Assembly (NCBI RefSeq): GCF_020745735.1
Contig: NC_083417.1
Location: 63,178,001 to 63,242,000, forward strand
DNA from: Hemiscyllium ocellatum
Lineage: Eukaryota
Direction: 5' to 3'
Length of the DNA stretch: 64,000 bases
Shown: positions 14,400-25,559 of the stretch, in pieces
How positions within the stretch are numbered: position 1 is the first letter of the stretch
Layout of the letters: every line of letters starts with the position of its first letter
Notes under the pieces: model-generated
Told to the model about the DNA's origin: nothing
Databases searched by the model: none
What the model saw: only the letters and a program-made list of their open reading frames with translations
Position numbers and translations under genes: made by a program

Positions 14400-15050
14400 C
14401 AATGCAGGAAATGAGTTGAATTTCTTCTTCCTTAAGATTTGAGAATGAATTACTTTATTATGGGATGTGGACATCACTGGCTAAATTTGTATTTATTTCC
14501 ATCCTAAATCTTGCAAATTGTAATGAACTGACCCTTGAATATTGCAGTCCTTTATGTTTAAATTCTCCCATACTATTGTTCAGAGGAAATTCAAGGATTT
14601 TGGTACAGGAACAAGTGAGGGAACAATGAGAAATGCAATGCAGGATGGTATGTAGCTTTGAAGGGAACTTACAGGTTGACCAGCATCTATTGCCCTTCCC
14701 TTCCAGATGGTTAAGATCATGAGATTGGAAGTTTCTGTTGGAAGTGCCTTGGAGAATTGTTATAGTGTAACTTGCAGATAGTGCACATTTTTGAACCTGT
14801 ATGTGAAATGTGGAGGAATTGAATGTAGAAGGTGCTAGGTTGGATGCAAGTCACATAGGATGCTTTACTTTGGATGGTGTTAGGCTGTGTTACAGGCAGA
14901 TCTGCATATATCCAGGCAAATGGAGAGTATTTCATGATGCTCCTGACTTAGGCCTTGTAGATGGTGGAAAGACTTTGGCATGTCAATTGGCAAATTACTC
15001 GCTGCAAGATTCCTTGCCTTTCAACTGTTCACTGTTATGAAGATGTAGGT
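14400..15050 (-). mobile_element. Fragment of the same LINE family as 54.1-55.3 kb
   Basis: Reverse-complement similarity, e.g. ccaccatctacaaggc..gtcaggagc. Confidence 0.6.
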
Positions 15051-15063
15051 CTACTGTAATTTT

Positions 15064-16660
15064 AAGAGAGTTAAAAGCTAGCAGAACTAATTGACACAGC
15101 ACCAAATGTTCTGAATAAGGTAACAATGTAACACTTGGTCGAAGTTTCCACTTTTGTAACCCCAAATGGGCGATATAAGTTTAAAGTGATGCCGTTTGGA
15201 ATTAAGAACGCACCCGCCACATTCCAAAGACTCATGAACAGTGTTGTGGCTGGATTAACAAACTGTGCAGTATATTTGGATGATATAGTGATCTTTAGTA
15301 AGTCCTGGAAAGATCACATGGTACAATTGGCAGAGCTCTTTGAATGACTACAAGAAGCAATACTGGTGATAAACGTAAATAAAACTGAATTCGTGAAAGC
15401 AGAGGTGACTTAACATTGGTCATGGGAGGTTGATCCCACAGAGCGCAAATACAAAGTCCATCGAGGACTTTTCACAACCAACCTCAAAGAAAGAGGTGCT
15501 TTGATTCTTAGGTCTCAGTAGGTTCTATTGCAAGTTTGTTTCAAACTTAATAATGTAGTGGCAATATTAACCGATTTGCTGAAAAGAGCACAAAGTTTTG
15601 GTGGACAGAGCAACACCAGGAGGCATTTGACCATTTGAAATTAATATTAACCACCACCAGTTTTAGATACACCAAACTTTTCAAAACCTTTTACATTTGC
15701 TATCAATGCTAGTGACATTGGAGTTGGAGCTGTATTCCTACAGGAAGATGAGGATAGGATTGAACTGCCAGTTGGTTATTTTTCAAAGAAGATCAACATC
15801 CACCAAAGGAAATACTCCACGATCGAAAAGGAACTATTGAGTTTGATACTGGCCTTATGACATTTTAATGTGTATGTCATGAACATGTGTCGGAGACAGT
15901 GGTGTACATGGACCACAATCCTCTTACATTCTTAGAATGCTTTAAAGACAAGAATATGAAACTATTTCATTGGAGTCTTATGTTACAGACTTTTAATTTT
16001 AAAATGCTACATATTGCGAGTCGTAAGAATGTAATTACAGACGTGTTATTTCGGAATTAACTGATAAAGTTGAGATGAGATTTGTATTTATTTAATATTA
16101 TATACATGCAGTTAAATAGGAAGAAGGTGAACTTTAATTAAAGTTATCAATGTTTTAAGGTAATGTGTGTAAAAAAAGCAAATTAATGAAGAGAGTTAAA
16201 AGCTAGCAGAGCTACCTGACACAGCACAAAGTGTACTGAATAGGGTAGCAATGTAACACTTGGTTGAAAGCTAGATTAGCTGGTTTGCCTGGAGACAGCA
16301 AAAACAAATTCAAATTCAGCCGATCAATTTAAATTATACCCCAAAAACACCAAAATCCAATCAAATTTGTGTTTTGTATATTGACAATCTTAGGTCAGAT
16401 GCTTTGGGGTATAAGAGTGGGATAACTTGAATAGTTGAGGGAGAACTGGGGTTGAAATGAGTTGAGTTTATCGGCTGTTACGGGAATTGGAACAACTCCT
16501 TGGTCAATTTGCGGTATCAGTTTGGTTAGGTTTTCAAATAGTTGTTGTTCTAAATTCTGTTTTCTTTTGTTCGTGTTTCAATTGTAGTGTTTAAATAAAT
16601 TCTGTTTTGACCAGCTAAATCACTCCTGGAATATCCACTTTACTTCTGCCTTTAAATTAA
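15064..16660 (+). mobile_element. Gypsy/Ty3 LTR retrotransposon remnant (RT-RNase H followed by an LTR-like segment)
   Basis: YKFKVMPFGIKNAPATFQRLM, YLDDIVIFS, DASDIGVGAVFLQ, YSTIEKELLSL; 76-bp direct repeat at 15064-15139 and 16189-16264. Confidence 0.85.
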
Positions 16661-16719
16661 GAACAAGTTAGCATCTAGACTATCTTCTTCAAGTATTTTA
16701 TGGGGTCTGCCTGGTCCAT

Positions 16720-18820
16720 GACAATAGTAACCCCTGGATGTTGACAGTGAGTCTTTCAATGATGGCATTGCCAATAAAGGTGCGCGGTGGTAGTGTAATG
16801 CACCAACCGCTACACTGCTGAAGCCAGGTGCCAACGGAAAGACACCTCTTTCTACTGCCCCCTCAACCATGACCTCACTCCCTCATCACCAAACCATCAC
16901 CCAGACCATATACAACCTCATTACCTCAGGAGATCTCTCACCAACAGCTTACAACCTCATAGTTCAGAAACCCGGCACTGCCTATTTCTATCTCATTCCC
17001 AAGATCCACAAGCTGAACTATCCACCATCTCAGCCTGCTCCTGCCCCGCCGAACTCATCTCCACCTACCTCAATATTGTCCTATTCCCCTGGTCAAGCAG
17101 CTCCCCATATACATTCAGGACACCACCCAGGCCCTCCACCTCCTCTAAGACTTCTGTTTCCCTGGCCCCAATGCCTCATCTTCACCATGGACATCCAGTT
17201 CCTCTATACCTTTATCCACCTTGACCAGAGCCGCCAAGCCCTCTGTTTCTTCCTCTTCCAACTTCCCCACCAGTAACCTTCCACAGACACTCTCATTCGT
17301 TTGGCTGAACTGGTCCTCACCCTCAACAATTTCTCTTTTGAATATTCCCACTTCCTCTAGACTAAAGGGGTAGCCATGGGCACCTACAAGGACCGCAGCC
17401 TGTCTCTTTGTTGACTATGTGGAACACTCCATCATCTGTAGTTACACCGACACCACTCCCCACCTCTTCCTCCGCTACATTGATGACTGCATTGGTGCCA
17501 CCTTGTGCTCCCACAAAGAGGGAGCACATTCTACCTCAACCTTAAATTCACCTGGACCATCTCTGACACCTCCCTCCCCTTCCTGTAACTCTCTATCTCT
17601 ATAATTAATGACTGACTCAACACTGCCATTTTTTACAAACACACTGACTCGCACAGCTACCTGGATTTCACCTCCTCCCACCCTACCTCCTGCAAAATTC
17701 TATCCCAATTCCTCCGACATATTGGTTCCCAGGAGAACCAGTTCCACCACAGAACACACCAGAAGGCCTCCTTCTTTAAAGACCATAATTTTCCCACCCG
17801 CGTGGTTGAAATTGCACTCCCATGCATCTCATTCACGTCCTGCATCTCTGGCCTCAAACCCCACACCTCTAACCGCAACAAGGACAGAACCCCCCCCTCC
17901 CCCGGTCCTCACCTTCCATGCCACCAACCTCCGCATAAATCATCATCCGCTGACATTTCCGTCACCTACAAATGGATCCCACGACCAGGGATATATTCCC
18001 CTCCCCACCCCTATCCACTTTCCACAAAGTCCCTTCCCTCCTTCACTACCTGGTCAGGTTCACACCCCCCAACAATTCACCTCCCCTCCTGGCATCTACC
18101 CCTGCCACCATAGGGATTGCAATACTTGTGCCAGCACCTCCATCCTCACCTTCATACAAGTCCCCAAAAGAGCCTTCCATGTCCATCAAAGTTTCACCTG
18201 CCCTTCCACAAATGTCATTTCTTGCATCTGTTCCTCCTGATGCAGTGTGCTCTACATTGGGGAGACCGGACACCTTCTCACAGAGCGCTTCAGCGAACAT
18301 CTCTGGGACACCCATACCATCAAACCTCACAACCCTGTGGGCTGAAGATTTCAACTCCCCCTCCCACTCTGCCAAGGGCATGCAGGTCCTGGGCCTCCTC
18401 CACCGCCACTCCATCACCACCTGCCTGGAGGAAGAAAGCCTCATCTTCCATCTCAAAACCATTCAACCAACGGGGCATCAATGTGGACTTCACAAGTTTC
18501 CTTATTTCCCCTTCCTCCACCTTACCCCAGTTCCAAACTTCCTGTTTAGCACCGTCCTCCTGGCCTGAACCACCTGTCAATCTTTCTTCCTACCTATCCA
18601 CTCCACTCTCTCCTCTGACCTACCACCTTTACCCCTTCCTCCATTCACCTATTGCACTCTCAACTACCTTCACGCCAGCCCCCTCCCATTTAAGTCTCCA
18701 CTCCTAAGGCTTCTAGCCTCATTCCTGATGAAGGACACCTGCCTGAAACATTGAATTTCCTGCTCCTCGGATGCTGCCTGACCTCGGATGCTGGCTGTGC
18801 TTTTCCAGCGCCACTCTAAT
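16720..18820 (+). mobile_element. Penelope-like element, decayed second copy
   Basis: FLRYIDDCIGA RT motif; GIY-YIG region (18240-18300); terminal CTGATGA...GAAAC at about 18725-18749; colinear with the 6.3-8.5 kb copy. Confidence 0.85.
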
Positions 18821-18829
18821 TGCAATAAA

Positions 18830-19490
18830 TGTCGAGGGGCAATGGTTAAGTCTGTATTGGTTGAGATTGTCATTGACTGGCATGAATGTAACTTGACATT
18901 AACTAGGCAAAACCTAGTAAAATGCAGGTCTTGCAGCAAATGAATATATGCCATAAGGTTGTTGAATACTTTTGAACATTGTGTAATCATGAGCAAATAT
19001 GCAAAATTGTGGTCATTTGGTTGCAAGGTAACTGAAGCAATTGAAGATGGTTGGGCAAAGAGACTACCCTGAGGAATTCCGATGGTATTGTATGCGAACT
19101 GAGCTAATCAATTTCCAACATCCACAATGATCATCGTTTCAGTTGGATATGACTGCAAATCCTGAAGCCTTTCCCCCCGAATACCATTGATTCCAACTTT
19201 GCGACTACTCCTTGAAGCCATGGTTGGTCTTCTGTTTACTTGGTGTTCAGGGCAGTCACTTTCACCTCACCTCCAGAGTTCAGATCTTCTTGTCCATATT
19301 TGGAACTCAAACTGAAATGAGATTCAGACTTGAATGTTCCTGGCAGAGCCGAAATTGAGCTCCAGTGGATAGGTTGTTGCTGAGCAAATGTCTTTTCATA
19401 ACACTACCCCCTTCCATAATCTTTCCATTCATTCAGAGTGGACTGATATTGTAAAAATTGGCTGTATTGGATATGGTCTGCTTTTTAAGG
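18830..19490 (-). mobile_element. Fragment of the same LINE family as 54.1-55.3 kb
   Basis: Reverse-complement similarity, e.g. cctcagggtagtctctttgccc and ggatgttggaaattga. Confidence 0.6.
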
Positions 19491-19499
19491 AGAGAATAA

Positions 19500-22400
19500 G
19501 GTAATCCAAGATGGAGGACAGGAAAAATTTCTGGCTGTAAGAGCAGTCCTTTTTTTGAGATATTTTAGGTGCTGGAGGTGATTTCCTCGAATTCCAGGAG
19601 CAGCAATTACTGTTTTATATGCTGTTGCATTGTTTTGGAACTTTGGAAAAAATAGTCAAAACACCAGCAATTTTAAAAGGGAGAAGAACAGACAAAGGAA
19701 GCACATGGTGAGGTCAGTGCAGGAGGGAGAGAAAGCGAGAGAGAGAGAACCTGCACAGTTACTGCCTTTGCTGTTTTGAAATTCATTTTTTGCTGGACAT
19801 CGGAGTGCATCTGGGAAAATTAACAACTAATCTTGGAGGAACATGTTTGGGTGAAGTTCACAACACAGAATCAGATAAGTTAATTGTTGTTTTAAATCTG
19901 TCCAAGAGAAAGGCTGTATTAGCGAGTACTGTGGGTTCTTTCTTGATTTTTTTTTGGAAATTAATCTCTTGATTAAACTTAAAATATAAGCCACAGCTAT
20001 TAATTTAACCTGGTGCAGTGTTTTGTAGAGGAATAAGACAATGTTATTTTCTGGGTCTGTAGATTGTGAAGGAGCAAAAATGGCCTTTGCAGTGAGATGT
20101 ATTTCCTGTCAGATGTGGGAGTTTAAAGAGAGTTTAAGAGTTACTGCGGATTATATCTGCAATAAATGCTGTTGGATGCAAATTTTATCAGATCGAATGG
20201 ATCGGTTGGAGAGACAGATAGAAGCGATGAGGAATTTGCAACAGCAACAGTATGTGATGGATGACAGTTGGAGGAAGGGGGGAAAGTCTCAGATACAGTC
20301 ACATAGATGGGTTAACTCCAGGAAGGGTAAGAGAGGTCGGCACCTAGGGGCAGGAGTCTTTTGTGGATATACCCATTTCAACCAGGTATGCTGTTTTGGA
20401 AAATGTAGGTGGTGATGGATTCTCTGGGGAACATAGCACGAACAGCCACGTTTCTAGTATTGAGACTGGCTCTAATGCAACGAGGGGTATGTCGGCTTCC
20501 AAGAGATAAAAAATGAGGTCTGCAGATGCTGGAGATCACAGCTGCAAATGTGTTGCTGGTCAAAGCACAGCAGGTTAGGCAGCATCTCAGGAATAGAGAA
20601 TTCGACGTTTCGAGCATAAGCCCTTCATCAGGAAAGAGATCAATTGTGTTAGGGGATTCTGTAGTCAGAGGTACAGTCAGACGTTTCTGTGGCCAGCAGA
20701 GAAAAACCAGAATGATGTGTTGTTTCCCTGGTGCCAGGAACAAGGGTGTCTCAGAGAGGGTGCAGAATGTTTTCACGGGGGAGACAGGACAGCAGGAGGT
20801 CATTGTCCACATTGGAACTAATGATGTAGGAAGGGAAAAGATTGAGATTCTGAAGGGAGATTACAGAGAGTTAGGCAGAAATTTAAAAAAGGAGGTCCTC
20901 AAGGGTAGTAATATCTGGATTACTCGCAGTGCTACGTGCTAGTGAGGGCAGGAATAGGAGGATACAGCAGATGAATGCACGGCTGAGGAGCTGGTGTGTG
21001 GGAGAAGGATTCACATTTTTGGATCATTGAAAGCTGTTTTGGGGTAGAAGTGACGTGTAAAGGAAGGACGGATTGCAATCTAAATTGAAGGGGACTAATA
21101 CACTGCAGGGAAATTTACTAGAACTGCTTGGGAGGATTTAAACTAGTAAGGTGGGTGATTGGAACCCAGGGAGATAGTGAGGAAAGAGATCAATCTGAAA
21201 CTAGTACAGTTGAGAACAGAAGTGAGTCAAACAGTCAGGGCAGGCAAGGACAAGGTAGGACTAATAAATTAAACTGCATTTATTTCAATGCAAGGTGCCT
21301 AACACGGAAGGCTGATGAACTCAAGGCATGTTTAGCAACATGGCACTGTGATATCATAGCAATTATGGAAACACGGCTCAGGGATGGGTAGGACTGGCAA
21401 CTTAATTTTCCAGGATGCAAATGCTACAGGAAGGACAGAAAGGGAGGCAAGAGTGGAGGGTGAATGGCATTTTTGATAAGGGATAGCATTATAGTTGTCC
21501 TGAGGGAGGATATTCCTGGAAATACATCTAGGGAAGTTATGTGGGTGGAACTGAGAAATAAGAAAGGGATGATCATCTTATTGGGATGGTATTATAGACC
21601 CACTAATAGTCAGAGGGAAATTGAGAAAGAAACTTGTAAGGAGATGTCAACTATCTGTAAGAATAATAAGGTAGTTATGGTAGGGGATTTTAACATTCCA
21701 AACATCGACTGAGACTGCCATAGTGTTAAAGGTTTAGATGGAGCGGAATTTCTTATGTGTGTCCAAGAAAATTTTCTGATTGAGTATGTGGATGTACCTA
21801 CTAGAGAAGGTGCAAAACTTGACCTACTCTTGGGAAATAAGGCAGGGCAGGTGACTGAGGTGTCAGTGGGGGAGCACTTTGGGGCCAGCGACCATAATTC
21901 TATTAGTTTTAAAATAGTGATGGAAAAGGATAGACCAGATCTAAAAGCTGAAGTCCTAAATTGGAGAAAGGCCAATTTTGACGTTATTAGGCAAGAACTT
22001 TCGAAAGCTGATTGGAGGCAGATGTTCACAGGTGAAGGGATGGCTGGAAAATGGGAAGCCTTCAGAAATGAGATAACAAGAATCCAGAGAAAATATATTC
22101 CTGTCAGGGTGAAAGGGAAGGCTGGTAAGTATAGGGAATGCTGGATGACTAAAGAAATTGAGGGTTTAGTTGGAAAAAGAAGGAAGCATATGTAAGGTCT
22201 AGACAGGATAGATCGAGTGAAACATTAAAAGAGTATAAAGGAAGTAGAAGCATACTTAAGAGGGAAATCAGGAGGGCAAAAAGGGGACATGAGGTAGCTA
22301 TGGCAAATAGAATTAAGGAGATCTAAAGGGTTTTTGCAAATATTTTAAGTACAAGAGGGTAACTAGGGAGAGAATAGGGCCACTCAAAGATCAGGAAGAC

Positions 22401-24140
22401 GGCCTTTGTGTGGAGCCACAGAAAATGGGGAGATACTAAATGAATATTTTGCATCAGTATTTACTGTGGAAAATGATATGGAAGGTATAAACTGTGGGGA
22501 AATAGATGGTGACATCTTGCAAAATGTTCAGATTACAGAGGAGGAAGTGCTGGATGTCTTGAAAAGGTGGATAAATCCCCAGGACCTGATCAGGTGTACC
22601 CAAGAACTCTGTGGGAAGCTAGAGAAGTGATTGCTGGGCCTCTTGCTGAGATATTTGTATCATCAATAGTCACAGGTTAGGTGCAAGAAGACTGGAGGTT
22701 GGCAAACATGGTGCCACTGTTTAAGAAGGGTGGTAAAGACAAGCCAGGGAACTATAGACCTGTGAGCCTGACCTTGGTCGTGGGCAAGTTGTTGGAGGGA
22801 ATCCTGAGAAACAGGATGTATATTTGGAAAGGCAAGGACTGATGAGCTTTTTTGAAGAAGTACCAAAGAAGATTGAGGGCAGAGCAGGAGATGTGATCTT
22901 TATGGACTTCAGTAAGGCATTCAACAAAGTTTCCCATGGGAGATTGATTAGCAAGGTTAGATCTCATGAAATACAGGGAGAACTAGCCATTTGGGTACAG
23001 AACTGGCTCAAAGGTAGAAGACAGAGGGTGGTGGAGGGTTGTTTTCCAGACTGGAGGTCTGTGACCAGCAGAGAGTACCACAAGGATTGGTGCTGGGTCC
23101 TTTACTCTTTGTCATTTACATAAATGATTTGGATGCGAGCATAAGAGGTACAATTACTAAGTTTGCAGGTGACACTGAAATTGGAGGTATAGTGGACAGC
23201 GAAGAGGGTTACCTCAGATTACAACAGAATCTGCACCAGACGGGCCAATGGGGTGGCAAGTGGCACATGGAATTTAATTCAGATAAATGTGAGATGCTAC
23301 ACTTTGGGAAAGCAAATCTTAGCACGACTTGTACACTTAATGGTAAGGTCCTAAGGGAGTGTTGTTGAACAAAGAGACCTTCGAGTGCAGGTTCATAACT
23401 CCTTGAAAGTGGAGTCACAGGTAGATAGGATAGTGAAGAAGGTGTTTGGTATGCTTTCCTTTATTTGTCAGAGTACTGAGTACAGGAATTGGGAGGTCAT
23501 GTTGCGGCTGTACAGGACACCAGTTAGGCCACTGTTGGAACATTGCATGCAATTCTGGTCCCTTTCCTATCGGAAAGATGTTGTGAAATTTGAAAAGTTT
23601 CTTAAGAGGGAAATCAGGAGGGCAAAAAGAGGACATGAGATAGCTAAGGCAAATAGAATTAAGGATATCCAAAAGGTTTTTATCCGAAGGGTTCAGAAAA
23701 GATTTACAAGGATGTTGCCAGGGTTGGAGGATTTGAGCTATAGGGAGAAGCTGAACAGGCTGGGGCTGTTTTCCCTGGAGTGTCAAAGGCTGAGGGGTGA
23801 CCTTATAGAGGTTTACAAACTTATAAGGGACATGGATAGGATAAATAGACAAAGTATTTTCCCTGGGGTCGAGGAGTCCAGAACTAGAGGGCATCGGTTT
23901 AGAGTAAGAGGGGAAAGATATAAGGGAGACCTAAGGGGCAAATTTTTCATACAGAGGTTGGTATGCATATAGAATGAGCTGCCAGAGGATGTGGTGGAGG
24001 CTGGTACAATTGCAACATTTGGATGGGTATATGAATAGGAAGGGTTTGGAGGTGCTGGCAGGTGGGACTAGATTGGGTTGGGATATCTGGTTGGACCGAA
24101 GGGTCTGTTTCCATACTGTACATTTCTATGACTCTATGAC
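19500..24140 (+). mobile_element. Near full-length CR1-clade LINE (HER1-like): ORF1 with Cys-finger + SGNH esterase, ORF2 APE + RT; many stops and frameshifts
   Basis: CISCQMWE..CNKC; SIVLGDSVVRG, CCFPGAR, HIGTND; APE motifs MVGDFN and LDLLLGN, ASDHN; RT DFSKAFNKVSH and QGLVLGPLLFVIYIND; short (ACTCTATG) tail at about 24127-24139. Confidence 0.93.
20508..20633 (-). mobile_element. 126-bp PLE-terminus mini-element with hammerhead ribozyme core, inserted in CR1 ORF1; 7-bp TSD AAGAGAT
   Basis: TSD at 20501-20507 and 20634-20640; the empty site ttccaagagatcaac is seen in the second LINE copy (about 36675-36690, minus); core CTGATGA-AGGGCTTATGCTC-GAAAC-GTC. Confidence 0.85.
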
Positions 24141-25559
24141 TTATCTGGGCAATTTTACACATTGCTTGTCAGATGTCAGTGGTGTAGCTGCATTGGAACA
24201 GATTGGGTGGGACAAATCTGGTCTGGATTGGAATTCTTTAGTTTGCTCCTGGCTGTCAGTATCCAATGCCATCATTTGTTTATTGATATCACATGGATGG
24301 GACAATATTAATTGATGATTGGAATCTATGATGCTGCAGAATTAAGGATGAATGAGTGATGTATCTTACACGTGTCTGATGGAAAATGGATAAAAACGAA
24401 TCTGACTTGTCTTTTGCACTGATATTGAATAAATGGCCTCCATCAAATTCTCAATTTACACTTGAAATCCCCCCTTTCCTCCTATGAGAAGTTCTGATAT
24501 TAGGATAATTCTTTCATAGACTGATGATAAATGTGGCGTAATGAGATTCATATATGTCATGTAAGAGAGAAGACATCACTCTAGAATAAGTTTTGAATAG
24601 AAAGTCTTACACAGCAACCTGGAGAGCTGTATTTGAGTACCCACACTTTACAGATATAGCACTGAGCACTGAAGGTAAAAATTAGCATTTTACCCTCCCT
24701 TCGCATCATGCAAGGCTTAGTTATAGTGCTCCAGATCATTATTCCGTAATTAAACACAATAAATGAAAGTAATAGATGCACATTTTATGGAATATGATTT
24801 GATATCCTGTCTTCCATCCATAAATAATTCACTATTTCAGGCTGCTTTTCTGAATTATCATCTCTCCTTCCTTGTCAGTTTTGCATCTACACATGCTACA
24901 CATTTGCCTTGCGATATAAGTTTTGTGTCTTTGTTTGGAATCAGCAAACTTCATGTAGCATAAGCCATTTTGTCATCTCCTCTTTGTTTTGTCTGTGAAA
25001 ATAAAGCTTAATATCACTTGCTGGTCCATTGTCACATACTGTTGGAGATAATTGAGGTTGTAAATAAATGTTGTTATGAAATTTCCTCTCATCAGTTTCC
25101 AATTTGACAGTGTTTCGTAAACCTATGATGTCTACAACAAGAGCAATAGAGTCCTTGAGATGTCACCATGTCTATATTGATTTAGAATTATACACTATCT
25201 CTTCACCATTGCTGTTCAAAGTAATCAGTCCCTTGCCTAATAGTTTATGGGCATACCAACTCCACGTGGACTGCAGTTAGTAAAGAAGGCAGCTCACCAT
25301 CACCTTCTGAATTAGGATGGGCAAGAAGCATTGATCTTGTTAGTGCTACCTTTTTACCATCCATGAATAAATGAAAACAGCTTTAAATAATAACAATCTG
25401 GAGACACTAAAGATAACATATGGCCTATCAAGTTAAAATACTTTTCTTGAGCCAACTCAGCCCCTTACTTTATCACTGCAGCTTTGCTGGTTTATTTTGA
25501 ACAAGTATCCATCAATTTCCCATTTAAAATCATTGATAGTTTCTAACAATTGATTGAAC

